NCBI GenBank assembly: GCA_964522855.1
Contig: CAZFXI010000003.1
Coordinates: forward strand, 4,265 to 68,264
From: an uncultured Sedimenticola sp.
GTDB lineage: Bacteria; Pseudomonadota; Gammaproteobacteria; Chromatiales; Chromatiaceae
Direction of reading: 5' to 3'
DNA length: 64,000 nt
This document shows positions 13,982 through 27,295 of this stretch, in pieces. The notes beneath the pieces are model-generated. The model was not told the origin of the DNA. It ran no database searches and was given only the letters and a program-made list of their open reading frames with translations. The position numbers were made by a program, and so were the translations under genes. Every line of letters starts with the position of its first letter. Within the stretch, counting starts at the first letter, position 1.

Positions 13982-14939
13982 CGACTATCGCGCCCCTTCC
14001 CGAGACCAGAAAGCGACCCATCAGCGCGGGAAGGACAAGCTCAGCCGCATCCCGGTGAAGGTGCAGCCCAGTAACGAGTTGCCACGAAAGCCGAGCTGGA
14101 TTCGTGCCCGAGCACCGCAGGGAGCCGGTGTGACCCGCATCCGAAAGATCCTGCGCGAGCGTAAACTGTCGTCCGTGTGTGAAGAGGCACAGTGTCCCAA
14201 TCTGGGCGAGTGTTTCACCCATGGCACGGCGACCTTCATGATCATGGGTGATATCTGCACCCGGCGCTGTCCGTTCTGTGACGTGGCGCATGGCCGCCCC
14301 GAACCCCTGGACAGGGACGAGCCGCGGCAACTGGCGGAAGCCATCCAGGAAATGGCGCTGAAATACGTGGTGGTCACCTCGGTGGATCGCGATGATCTCA
14401 AGGATGGCGGTGCGGGACACTATCGCGACTGCATCAAAGCCATTCGCGGGCTGACGCCTGATACTACCATCGAAATCCTGGTGCCGGACTTTCGCGGGCG
14501 CAGGGAGGTGGCGCTGGAGATCATGGCCGAAGCCCCGCCGGATGTGTTCAATCACAACCTGGAAACCGTGCCCCGTTTGTATCGCCAGTCCCGTCCTGGG
14601 GCGGACTATGCCTGGTCGCTGGAGCTGCTGAGGGAGTTCGGGGCGGACCATCCCGGGGTGCCCACCAAGTCCGGCATCATGCTCGGCTTGGGAGAAAAAC
14701 CCGAAGAGGTCGAACAGGTGATGCAGGATCTGCGGGAGCATGAGGTGGACATGCTCACCCTGGGGCAATACCTGCAGCCCAGCCGGGATCACCTCCCCGT
14801 CTCCCGTTTCGTCACACCGGAAGAATTCGATGCACTGCGGCTGTTGGGTGAATCCATGGGCTTTTCCAATGTCGCCAGCGGCCCCATGGTGCGCTCTTCC
14901 TACCATGCGGACCTGCAGGCCAATCCGTTATTGAAATAG
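13974..14939 (+). CDS. lipA: lipoyl synthase (radical SAM)
   Basis: [12 protein letters not shown] and CTRRCPFC clusters, HNLETV, RSSYHA; ATG 13974 chosen. Confidence 0.98.
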   Translation: MSDDYRAPSRDQKATHQRGKDKLSRIPVKVQPSNELPRKPSWIRARAPQGAGVTRIRKILRERKLSSVCEEAQCPNLGECFTHGTATFMIMGDICTRRCPFCDVAHGRPEPLDRDEPRQLAEAIQEMALKYVVVTSVDRDDLKDGGAGHYRDCIKAIRGLTPDTTIEILVPDFRGRREVALEIMAEAPPDVFNHNLETVPRLYRQSRPGADYAWSLELLREFGADHPGVPTKSGIMLGLGEKPEEVEQVMQDLREHEVDMLTLGQYLQPSRDHLPVSRFVTPEEFDALRLLGESMGFSNVASGPMVRSSYHADLQANPLLK

Positions 14940-14978
14940 CGTACTGCAATTCCTTGCAGACGGTGGTCCGATGCAGGG

Positions 14979-14984
14979 TATAAT
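14979..14984 (+). promoter_or_regulatory. sigma70 -10 element TATAAT for galE
   Basis: Perfect TATAAT 8 nt before the galE ATG; TTGCAG at 14954-14959 is a possible, over-spaced -35. Confidence 0.5.
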
Positions 14985-14992
14985 TTTCCGCT

Positions 14993-16015
14993 ATGAATAA
15001 GATAAATACAGTTCTGGTTACAGGCGGCGCCGGTTACATCGGCTCCCATACCAACGTCGAACTGCTCGAAGCCGGTTATCAGGTCGTGGTACTGGATAAC
15101 CTGAGCAACAGCCAATATACCGCCATCGAGCGCGTCGAGGAGCTTACGGGCAAAACCATTACGTTCATCGAAGCTGACTTGCGTGACAAAGCGGCTACGC
15201 GGGCGGTTTTCGATCGACACGATATCGATGCGGTGATTCATTTTGCCGGACTGAAAGCCGTGGGTGAATCGGTGCATATCCCTATTCCCTACTACCAGAA
15301 CAATATCGGTGGCACCCTGAATCTGCTGGAGGCGATGAATGATACCGGGGTAAAAAATCTGGTGTTCAGTTCCTCGGCGACGGTTTATGGAGAACCGGCC
15401 TCGCTACCGATCACAGAAGACTTCCCGGTTTCCGCCACCAATCCCTATGGCCGATCCAAGCTCATCATCGAGGAGATGTTGGGCGACGTCTATACATCGG
15501 ATCAGGACTGGAACATCGTCAGGTTGCGCTATTTCAACCCGGTAGGTGCCCATGAAAGCGGCAGAATTGGTGAGTCGCCCAACGATATCCCCAACAACCT
15601 CATGCCCTATATCAGTCAGGTGGCCGTAGGCAAGCTGGATACGCTATCGGTATTTGGCGATGATTATCCCACGGTGGATGGTACCGGGGTCAGGGATTAT
15701 ATCCATGTGGTGGATCTTGCAAAAGGACATATCAGTGCGCTGGAGAAACTCGCCACCGATCCTGGGCTGGTGACCTACAACCTGGGCACCGGACAAGGTT
15801 ATTCGGTGCTGGAAATGGTGGCAGCCTTCGAGAAGGCCAGTGGCCGCCCCGTGGCTTACAAGCTGGTGGCACGGCGTGAAGGCGACATCGCCACCTGCTA
15901 TGCGGATCCCGGTCTTGCTGCCAGGGAGCTGGGCTGGAAGGCGAACAAGGGTATCGAAGATATGTGTAAGGATACCTGGCGCTGGCAGCAGCAGAATCCT
16001 GAGGGTTATCAATAG
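14993..16015 (+). CDS. galE: UDP-glucose 4-epimerase
   Basis: [51 protein letters not shown]. Confidence 0.97.
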   Translation: MNKINTVLVTGGAGYIGSHTNVELLEAGYQVVVLDNLSNSQYTAIERVEELTGKTITFIEADLRDKAATRAVFDRHDIDAVIHFAGLKAVGESVHIPIPYYQNNIGGTLNLLEAMNDTGVKNLVFSSSATVYGEPASLPITEDFPVSATNPYGRSKLIIEEMLGDVYTSDQDWNIVRLRYFNPVGAHESGRIGESPNDIPNNLMPYISQVAVGKLDTLSVFGDDYPTVDGTGVRDYIHVVDLAKGHISALEKLATDPGLVTYNLGTGQGYSVLEMVAAFEKASGRPVAYKLVARREGDIATCYADPGLAARELGWKANKGIEDMCKDTWRWQQQNPEGYQ

Positions 16016-16051
16016 TCCAGGGTCTTTACCCGGTAGCCAAACATGTCGCGC

Positions 16052-16411
16052 TCAGGGCTTCGCTATGGTGCGGCCATACAGCGCTTGTTTGTTGCGTGCA
16101 AAGATAAGCTTTGCCACCGTACGGGAGTCCTGCCCGCTAATGATGGCCTTGCGAACTTCTTCCTGAAAAGCCGGCCGCAGATGTTTAAATACAGCGTAGG
16201 CGGTGGGTGATGTCTTTCGCAACCTGGCCAGGCCCGTACTCAGGTCCGTTTGCAGGATCGTTTCTGTTGATTGCGCATTGACCTTATCTGACTCTGAGGC
16301 CATTCTTTCCATTTCCGCAAAGTAGGCAGCATGGTGATTTGAGGCCCCTACCGGGCCACAGTTTGCGCTCAAAGCGATGGTGACCAGCGCCATGAAACCG
16401 GTATTTCTCAT
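16052..16411 (-). CDS. hypothetical exported protein (119 aa)
   Basis: GAGG SD upstream, signal-peptide-like N-terminus, fills the gap between convergent galE and the M14 gene; no family recognised. Confidence 0.6.
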   Translation of the reverse strand: MRNTGFMALVTIALSANCGPVGASNHHAAYFAEMERMASESDKVNAQSTETILQTDLSTGLARLRKTSPTAYAVFKHLRPAFQEEVRKAIISGQDSRTVAKLIFARNKQALYGRTIAKP

Positions 16412-16661
16412 TGTTTTTCCTCAATCCTGACTGAACTGCTTTTAAACTGATTCAATAACTTTCTTATTGTTTTTCTATCCCCTGGTTGGGGATGGTTCCA
16501 GACAAGACGACCCATCTGGAGGCTACTTCCGGTTACAAGGACGAAACGGCTGCCTGTTTTGTATACCAGAGCATATTGTGCATTGAATTGATTTACGGTG
16601 TAATGAGGAATGGCTTGGGCTATTTCAGGTAGAAGAAATACCCAATATGTTGTGCCGTCGT

Positions 16662-17696
16662 TCAGCCTGCATCCTGCAAGTGAAGATCATAGCGTTCCAT
16701 GAGGTAGCAGAGGCAATCCTGGCGGATCACCGCTTCATTCCGGGTCAACATGGAGGGCATTACCGGGGTTCGCGTCAGCAGTTCACCATTCTTTACGGAA
16801 AAATAGCGAGACGCCACATCGTGGTTGGCTTCGTTCTTTACATCCAGAGGAATGGTGTCACCTCTACCTACCCGGCCAAAACTCGTGCCAGCGGGGATTT
16901 CCCGAAAATTCAGCACTTCCAGGTCGTCCAGCAGACACAGATCATGATTGCGGCAGCCGAAACCGAAGCTCACTTCCGGTGGAATCTTGACGATCGCCAC
17001 GGTATGGAACAGGTCGATGTCATGGGGTGAGATGGTGTGTAGCGGATGCTGTGCCAGATGCAGGCAGCCTTCCAGGTATTCACTGGCATGTTGTACGCCA
17101 TGTACCTGCCCTACCTTGCCACATTCCAGGGTTACGGCCGGGCAGAGTTCGGTCATGGCCATGGATTGCACCCCTCGGGGGCGGGTGAAATACACCACCG
17201 TGCGGCTGAACATGGCCGCCAGATGCAGGGATTCCGTGCGCACCACATTGACGCAGGCGTAGTGTGGGTTGAGGCCGGTGTTGTTGTGCACGTCCACGCT
17301 GGCAAAGACGCCTTTTTTAGCCATGGTGTCGACGATGCTTTCCATCATGGCATGTTCTGCGGTGGGTGGCAGTTCGCTGCCCGGCCATACCCGGTTGTAA
17401 TCCGGTTGTCCCGCCAGCCTGCGCATGTTGACCGCTGCAGCAGAGGTGTTGCCGATAAACAATGACAGGGATCGGGGCAGATCCTGCTCTCCCCCGCCGG
17501 CACGGTATTTTTGCAGCATGTGGCGTACCGCTTCCCAGCCGACATCTTCATTGCCATGCATGAGTACGGATACGAACAATGGGGCTTCCCGGCGCCCCTG
17601 CAGGTGAATCAGGGTAGGGCCGCCAAGAAAGGCGTGCAGATCCCTGGCGGGTAACTCCAGCAGGCCAGGTGGCAGTTCATAGAGTTCAGCATACAT
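16662..17696 (-). CDS. M14 zinc-dependent succinylglutamate desuccinylase/aspartoacylase-family hydrolase
   Basis: SVLMHGNE (HxxE), YNRVWP, VDVHN, VTLECG motifs; starts 3 nt after the GCS2-like gene stop. Confidence 0.8.
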   Translation of the reverse strand: MYAELYELPPGLLELPARDLHAFLGGPTLIHLQGRREAPLFVSVLMHGNEDVGWEAVRHMLQKYRAGGGEQDLPRSLSLFIGNTSAAAVNMRRLAGQPDYNRVWPGSELPPTAEHAMMESIVDTMAKKGVFASVDVHNNTGLNPHYACVNVVRTESLHLAAMFSRTVVYFTRPRGVQSMAMTELCPAVTLECGKVGQVHGVQHASEYLEGCLHLAQHPLHTISPHDIDLFHTVAIVKIPPEVSFGFGCRNHDLCLLDDLEVLNFREIPAGTSFGRVGRGDTIPLDVKNEANHDVASRYFSVKNGELLTRTPVMPSMLTRNEAVIRQDCLCYLMERYDLHLQDAG

Positions 17697-17699
17697 GAT

Positions 17700-21064
<3,365 letters not shown>

Positions 21065-21150
21065 GGGTATTTGATTTGAGCGTTGAGAAAAGAAGGTTAC
21101 GAGTTTCCGGACAAGGATGAATCCGGGGATTGGAAATTAGGTGATGTGGT
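21065..21150 (-). promoter_or_regulatory. C-rich/G-poor rho leader (rut-like)
   Basis: Hand count on the mRNA strand over 86 nt: 31 C versus 7 G. Confidence 0.55.
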
Positions 21151-21211
21151 AGTGAACGACGTTTTGCAATGTGGGCATGTCATGACGGATGCTGCCATGA
21201 CACTCCACAAC

Positions 21212-21538
21212 TCAGATGTTGCTGTCTAGGAAGGCAGTAAGCTGGGATTTCGATACGGCACCCACCTTGGTAGCCTCGACCTCACCGTTCTTGAACAGCA
21301 TCAATGTCGGGATGCCCCGTATGCCATACACAGGTGGTGTATCCGGATTGTCATCGATATTCAGCTTGGCAACTTTCAGCTTGCCATCATATTCATCGGC
21401 AATATCTTCCAGCACGGGTGCGATCATCTTGCAGGGGCCACACCACTCTGCCCAGTAGTCTACCAGCACGGGCATTTCTGCCTTCAGCACTTCCTGTTCG
21501 AAAGTGTCGTCCGCCAATTGAACGATTTTGTCACTCAC
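21212..21538 (-). CDS. trxA: thioredoxin 1
   Basis: [22 protein letters not shown]; trxA-rho synteny. Confidence 0.98.
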   Translation of the reverse strand: MSDKIVQLADDTFEQEVLKAEMPVLVDYWAEWCGPCKMIAPVLEDIADEYDGKLKVAKLNIDDNPDTPPVYGIRGIPTLMLFKNGEVEATKVGAVSKSQLTAFLDSNI

Positions 21539-21802
21539 TGACTGTTTCTCCAGATAAATAAAAAATAGGATAATTGCAGCGTCTGAAACAACGATGCTTT
21601 ATGGATTCAACAATGCGTTATATGTAAAGTTATACAAGGGCATGCGCATGGGTCGTTTCCCAACGTATTGTCAAAGAATCTGATTTGAAACCACCCTGCA
21701 CCTGAATTTTGCCCTGACCGGGGTATGTTTTTCAAGTTTTTTATTGCATTTACTGAATCTCAATCCACAGAATGGCTTCGTTTGCGGTATCCTTCACGTC
21801 CT

Positions 21803-23095
21803 ATGAATGAAGAAAAACACTTAACAGATACCCGTTTCGACAGCTTTGGTCTGTCGGAAGACATACTCGCAGGCGTCAGGGATGCAGGCTTTGTGTATTG
21901 TACCCCCATACAGGCAGCAACGCTTCCGCCTGCACTTGCCGGCCAGGATGTGGCCGGTCAGGCACAGACGGGTACCGGAAAAACAGCAGCCTTTCTTTTG
22001 GCGGCACTTCACCGTTTGGAAAAATACCCGCCATCAGACAGGCGCCGCCCCAATCAACCCAGGGCATTGATGGTGGCTCCTACCCGCGAGCTGGCCATAC
22101 AGATAGAGAAGGATGCCAGGGTGCTGGCCGGGCATACGGGGTATAAGGTAGAGGTGGTATATGGAGGTACCGGCTATGAATCCCAGCGCAATGCCGTCAG
22201 GGAAGGCGTGGATATTCTTATTGGCACGCCAGGGCGTCTCATCGATTATTTCAAACAGAAGGTGTATGACCTGAAAGAGATACAGGTGGTGGTGCTGGAC
22301 GAAGCGGACCGCATGTTTGATCTCGGTTTCATCAAGGACATCCGCTTCCTGCTGCGTCGTTGTCCGCCCCCGGACAAGCGCCTGGGGATGTTATTCTCGG
22401 CCACCTTGTCGTTCCGGGTCAAGGAGCTTGCCTACGAGCACATGAACAATCCCAAAACTATCGAAATCGAACCGGAAAAAGTGACGGCCGACCGTATCGA
22501 GGAAGCGGGCTTCATGACCGCCAACGATGAGAAAATACCGTTGCTCATCGGCCTGCTCCGGCAGTGGCAGGGCGCCAGAACCATCGTATTTGTCAATACC
22601 AAGCGGGCCGCTGATGAAGTCTGGGGGTTCTTGCAGGGCAACGGTATAGAGACCGCGGTGTTGTCCGGTGATGTGCCGCAGAAGAAGCGCATGAGCCTGT
22701 TGAAGAAATTTACCGAGGGAGGGCTGGATGTACTCGTGGCGACGGATGTAGCTGCGCGTGGATTGCATATTCCGGACGTGACCCATGTCGTCAACTACGA
22801 CCTGCCTGAAGATGCAGAAGACTACGTACACCGTATTGGTCGCACTGGCCGTGCCGGCGCAGCGGGGAATGCGGTCAGTTTCGCTTGTGAAACCCATGCG
22901 TTTTCGTTGCCGGATGTCGAAGCTTATATTGGTCACAGCATCCCCATGACTTCCGTCCCCGGCGAATTGCTGGCGGAAGTGGATCCTTCCAGCCGTATTC
23001 GCACCCCGCGCAAGCCGCGACAAAATGGTCGCCGCGACAACCGGGGTAGAAACAACCCCCGTGCCCAGCATTCAAGGAAACAACGACAAGGATAA
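21803..23095 (+). CDS. rhlB: DEAD-box RNA helicase RhlB
   Basis: AQTGTGKT, PTRELA, DEADRMFDLGF, SAT, HRIGRTGRAG; divergent from trxA; basic C-terminal tail; ATG 21803 chosen. Confidence 0.95.
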   Translation: MNEEKHLTDTRFDSFGLSEDILAGVRDAGFVYCTPIQAATLPPALAGQDVAGQAQTGTGKTAAFLLAALHRLEKYPPSDRRRPNQPRALMVAPTRELAIQIEKDARVLAGHTGYKVEVVYGGTGYESQRNAVREGVDILIGTPGRLIDYFKQKVYDLKEIQVVVLDEADRMFDLGFIKDIRFLLRRCPPPDKRLGMLFSATLSFRVKELAYEHMNNPKTIEIEPEKVTADRIEEAGFMTANDEKIPLLIGLLRQWQGARTIVFVNTKRAADEVWGFLQGNGIETAVLSGDVPQKKRMSLLKKFTEGGLDVLVATDVAARGLHIPDVTHVVNYDLPEDAEDYVHRIGRTGRAGAAGNAVSFACETHAFSLPDVEAYIGHSIPMTSVPGELLAEVDPSSRIRTPRKPRQNGRRDNRGRNNPRAQHSRKQRQG

Positions 23096-23129
23096 CGACG
23101 CTGGGAGTATCCCAGAAAGGAAGGATAGT

Positions 23130-25694
23130 ATGACCGGGAATCGAGAGTATCGATGGCGATTGCCAACCCTCGCCTCCTACCAGGGACAGTATTTCTATAT
23201 GGCGCTCATTTTGATCGTAGTGCTCATATCTATCGCCTGGGTTGGGCAGAAGTATGTCCATGAGACATCAGGAGAGCAGATTCAACGCATTGCCACCCGC
23301 GCCTTGGCCGAGAAGGAAACGGGCGAGCTGTTGCAGGAGTTGCAGGAAATCCAGGACTGGCTGGGCAACCAGCTCATACAGCCGGGATCCCAGTCTGGCA
23401 GCCAGTTGCGTGCCCGGATCCAGGCCCTGGAAACCCACTTTGCCGAGCTAACGGAAAAGATTCACGGCCTGAACCATGACGGTCAGCTGCTGCAAGAGCG
23501 TATTCCGGTAGCCAAGCTGTCAAAATTCAAAAGCGATATCACTTCTTTTTTGCATATATCCAGCAGCAACATCCTGCGCTTTCCCGGCATATACATCATG
23601 CAGACATCCATGCAGCCTGAATCCAGGGCGATTCTTGATACGCTGGATGGCGTGGTCAGTAATACAGCACAGGCTAATGACAAGAGCCGTTTTACGCATT
23701 TGGCCTATCAGGCGCGCCATACCTGGTTGCAGCTGTTGTCCGAGTTTCATTTGTTGGTAGCCAATCGTTTTAGCGTGTTTTCAGATAACCCGGAGGCGGG
23801 CTTGGAAGGCAGTGCACAAAACATTGACAAATACCTGGAACAAATGAAACAGCATCTGGCCCTGTTGCAGAAAGCACCGCCTCCCCGGTCCTTGCGTTCC
23901 CCCGATCCAGCGATCTGGCAGCGCATGCTGGAGAATGTGGAAGAGTGGCAGCGTTACTACGCTGACTTGCTGAAAAGCCTGCATTCTGAACGCTGGCGGG
24001 AAGATATGTACCTTTACAAGACCTCCCTGCAACCGCAGATACGGGCCATACGAGCCGACCTGGAGCAGTTGCAGGACAACCTCGTGCGCCAGACAACAGA
24101 CGACATTACCGGCCTGACCAATATTGCATCGCGCCTCAGCCAGACTATTTTTGTGCTCACGCTGCTGGGGATCGTATGGATACTGTTTGCCTATATTTAC
24201 CTCAGAATACGGGTGATAAAGCCCATTGCCGAAACGGCGCATGCCCTGCGCCAGGAAGCCAATGGTGAGAGTGATGTGGTCATTCCCCAGCCAAAGTTGG
24301 CAGAAACGCTGGATCTTGTGGAGGCGTTCAGTGAAATGCGCCGCCAGGTATGGAAACGGCAACAGGGTCTGGATCATCTCGCGCACCATGATCCTCTTAC
24401 CCAGTTGCCCAATCGTCTGCTGTTCATGGATCGGCTGGAACACGCCTTGAGCATCGCTCACCGACACAAGAAAATGGTAGCTTTGCTGTTTCTGGACCTG
24501 GATAATTTCAAACAGATCAACGATGTTCTGGGACATTTTGCCGGCGATGAGCTGTTGATCAATGTGGCCATTCGTCTGAAGAAGGTCATACGCAGCTCGG
24601 ATACGGTTGCCCGCCTGGGCGGGGATGAATTTGCCATATTGCTGGAGGACATTGGACAAAAGGCGTTCGCCAGGAATGTTGCACAAAAGGTGCTGGAAGA
24701 GTTGCAGGTGCCGTTCGAAATCGGCAGCCAGCAATACCATATTTCCGGTTCTATCGGCATTTCCATCGCGCCGTATGATGATGATCAGCCAGAAGATCTG
24801 CTGCGAGACGCGGACTCTGCCATGTATGAAGCAAAGCGCCGTGGGAAAAACAACTACCACTTTTTTTCCAGCGAGTTGTTACAGCGCGTCAGCCGTCAAC
24901 TCGAGCTGGAACATCGCTTGCGTGATGCCGCACTGAAAAAGGAATTTCTTTTCCACTACCAGCCGATTGTGGCCGCTGATACTGGGAAGCTCATTGGCGT
25001 GGAGGCGCTGATGCGCTGGCAACCAGATCATGGGCCCCTGATCTATCCGGATAATTTCATGGAAACCATGAAAAGCCAGAACCTGGATCTGAGTCGAAAA
25101 GTGACCGAGCATCTGTTTGCCCAGGTTGACCATCTACAGGGTGTGGTGTTGAATGAATACGGTATTCGCCTGCGGGTTTCCATTAACATGGCACCGGGTG
25201 CCTTGCGTGACCCCAGTCGGCATAGCGGTGTAATCACTACATTACGGCGCCTGAAGTATCCGTCGCTCATTACCTTGGAAATCACCGAAGACACCCTGCT
25301 GGAGGATCTGGCCACTGCGCGAGCCCTGTTCAGTGAGTTACGCCAATTGGGAATACCGCTGGTGCTGGATGATTTTGGAACCGGGCAATCCTCTCTCAAC
25401 CATCTGCGCACCTATCCTTTCGACAGCATCAAGATCGACAGGGAATTTGTCAGGGATATCTCCTCTGATGAAGAGGATGCCATTCTGGTCAAGGCCATCA
25501 CCCAGCTTGCGCACAGCTTCGGGATGAAAGTGGTGGCGGAAGGGGTGGAAACGGAAGCGCAGAGAAATTATCTGGTAGGTATTGGCTGTGATTACTTGCA
25601 GGGATATATCATCAGCAAGCCATTGCCCATGGATGAACTGTTGGACTATCTGGGCACGACGGAGATGAGTCTTCCCGCCAAGACCGGCGGCTGA
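23130..25694 (+). CDS. membrane sensor: TM-periplasmic domain-TM-HAMP-GGDEF-EAL
   Basis: Two TMs, HAMP-like segment, HDPLTQLPNR, RSSD I-site + GGDEF, EAL, DDFGTG, KIDR, AEGVE; AAGGA SD before ATG 23130. Confidence 0.92.
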   Translation: MTGNREYRWRLPTLASYQGQYFYMALILIVVLISIAWVGQKYVHETSGEQIQRIATRALAEKETGELLQELQEIQDWLGNQLIQPGSQSGSQLRARIQALETHFAELTEKIHGLNHDGQLLQERIPVAKLSKFKSDITSFLHISSSNILRFPGIYIMQTSMQPESRAILDTLDGVVSNTAQANDKSRFTHLAYQARHTWLQLLSEFHLLVANRFSVFSDNPEAGLEGSAQNIDKYLEQMKQHLALLQKAPPPRSLRSPDPAIWQRMLENVEEWQRYYADLLKSLHSERWREDMYLYKTSLQPQIRAIRADLEQLQDNLVRQTTDDITGLTNIASRLSQTIFVLTLLGIVWILFAYIYLRIRVIKPIAETAHALRQEANGESDVVIPQPKLAETLDLVEAFSEMRRQVWKRQQGLDHLAHHDPLTQLPNRLLFMDRLEHALSIAHRHKKMVALLFLDLDNFKQINDVLGHFAGDELLINVAIRLKKVIRSSDTVARLGGDEFAILLEDIGQKAFARNVAQKVLEELQVPFEIGSQQYHISGSIGISIAPYDDDQPEDLLRDADSAMYEAKRRGKNNYHFFSSELLQRVSRQLELEHRLRDAALKKEFLFHYQPIVAADTGKLIGVEALMRWQPDHGPLIYPDNFMETMKSQNLDLSRKVTEHLFAQVDHLQGVVLNEYGIRLRVSINMAPGALRDPSRHSGVITTLRRLKYPSLITLEITEDTLLEDLATARALFSELRQLGIPLVLDDFGTGQSSLNHLRTYPFDSIKIDREFVRDISSDEEDAILVKAITQLAHSFGMKVVAEGVETEAQRNYLVGIGCDYLQGYIISKPLPMDELLDYLGTTEMSLPAKTGG

Positions 25695-25763
25695 CTCGCC
25701 GGGCAGAAACGCCGCAGGTCGTACCGATGGCCATGCGGAGGCGATACTCCCCGCAGTGTATTG

Positions 25764-26426
25764 TCAGCAGCCCAGGTCGTTCAACAGGGGCTGAAAATGC
25801 TTTAATGCCTTGAATTCGGCAATTTCTCTTGCGGGCAGTTTTGCATCCGGTTGCAATATGCACAATAGATGTGCGATACCGAAACGCTCGGCAGAGCGCA
25901 GCACCGGCAGGCTGTCGTCGATGAACAGGGTACGCTGTGGCGCATAATTGACCACTTGCTGCAATCGGCCCCAGAAAGCCGGGTTTTCCTTGGGCAGGCC
26001 AATATCATGGGCGCTGATGATCTGGTCCAAGTCGCCTCCCAGGCGGGTCTTGCGCATCTTCAGTTGCAGAGCTTTCTGGTGCGCGTTGGTAACCAGCACG
26101 CGGGATTTTCCGGCCTTTTTGAGACACTCTAGGAAATCCACCACATGCGGATGGACGGCGATCAGATGTTCCACTTCGGTTTTCAGTAAGGGGATATCCA
26201 ATGCCAGTTCCTTACTCCAGTAATCCACGCAGTACCAGTCCAGTGTTCCTTCCACGCGTTTATAACGCCGCATCAATTCTTCCTTGGCGGCTTCCACGCT
26301 CAGGCCATGTTGCTGCGCATAACGCTGCGGCACATAATCCAGCCAGAAATGATTGTCGAAGTGCAAATCGAGCAAGGTACCATCCATATCAAGAAAAACG
26401 GTATCTATCTGTGTCCAGTCAAACAT
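25764..26426 (-). CDS. yrfG: HAD-family GMP/IMP nucleotidase YrfG-like
   Basis: FLDMDGTLLDLHFDNHFW, VTNAH, KE, FIDDS; ATG 26426 chosen. Confidence 0.9.
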   Translation of the reverse strand: MFDWTQIDTVFLDMDGTLLDLHFDNHFWLDYVPQRYAQQHGLSVEAAKEELMRRYKRVEGTLDWYCVDYWSKELALDIPLLKTEVEHLIAVHPHVVDFLECLKKAGKSRVLVTNAHQKALQLKMRKTRLGGDLDQIISAHDIGLPKENPAFWGRLQQVVNYAPQRTLFIDDSLPVLRSAERFGIAHLLCILQPDAKLPAREIAEFKALKHFQPLLNDLGC

Positions 26427-26506
26427 GAAATTCTCCGAAAAAAGCATTTGCACTCTGCCCGCCGGCTTTGTAGCCTGTGGCATACCTAATAATAATTAGA
26501 GTCCCA

Positions 26507-27295
26507 ATGACATTACCAGACATCCAGCAGATCAACCAGATCGCCCGCGAGGCAGGTGAGGCCATATTGAAAGTCTATGCACAGGATTTCGAGGTGCAGG
26601 AAAAGGCCGACAGTTCTCCCCTCACCCAGGCAGACATGGCTTCACACCGGCTTATTGAAGCGGCCTTGAAGCAGTTCACTCCCGAGATCCCTGTGCTTTC
26701 GGAAGAATCTGCGAAGATTCCGTATGCTGAACGCAGGCAGTGGAGCCGCTACTGGTTGATCGACCCACTCGATGGTACGCGTGAATTTGTCAAACGCAAT
26801 GGTGAATTTACCGTCAATATTGCGCTGATCGATCAGGATGGGCCGGTTCTCGGGGTCGTGCATGTGCCGGTTACCGGCATCACCTACTTTGGTGATGTGG
26901 AAGCGGGTGCCTTTCGCCAGGAAGGAAAAAGCCCTCCAGAGCAGATCCATGTCACCCGCCCCTGCGCATCTCCCATGCGGGTAGCGGGCAGCCGCTCTCA
27001 TGCAGGAGACAGTCTGGTGCGGTTTCTGCAGAAACTACCGGCATATGAAATGGTAAGCATGGGCAGTTCCCTGAAGCTGTGTCTGGTCGCCGAAGGCAAG
27101 GCAGATATCTACCCGCGTCTGGGGCCGACATCAGAATGGGATACTGCGGCGGCACAGGCGGTGGTCGAAGCGGCGGGTGGCCAGGTCACTGATACCGATT
27201 TGCACAGACTGCGCTACAATCAAAAAGATTCCCTGCTGAACCCGTATTTCCTGGTGTTTGGCGACAGCAGTATCGACTGGAAAGCTTATTTATGA
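26507..27295 (+). CDS. cysQ: 3'(2'),5'-bisphosphate nucleotidase
   Basis: SPLTQAD, SEE, WLIDPLDGTREF, GSSLKLC, EWDTAAAQAV. Confidence 0.96.
   Translation: MTLPDIQQINQIAREAGEAILKVYAQDFEVQEKADSSPLTQADMASHRLIEAALKQFTPEIPVLSEESAKIPYAERRQWSRYWLIDPLDGTREFVKRNGEFTVNIALIDQDGPVLGVVHVPVTGITYFGDVEAGAFRQEGKSPPEQIHVTRPCASPMRVAGSRSHAGDSLVRFLQKLPAYEMVSMGSSLKLCLVAEGKADIYPRLGPTSEWDTAAAQAVVEAAGGQVTDTDLHRLRYNQKDSLLNPYFLVFGDSSIDWKAYL

Noticed and set aside
16487-16555. Hairpin-rich segment ending in GGCTGCC, superficially like a c-di-GMP-I riboswitch
   Set aside because: It lacks the GGCAAAC...GAAA...GACGCAAA core, and on that strand it does not lead into a gene.
26427-26506. Absence of nudE between yrfG and cysQ
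   Set aside because: An ordinary synteny difference with no visible remnant; not informative by itself.
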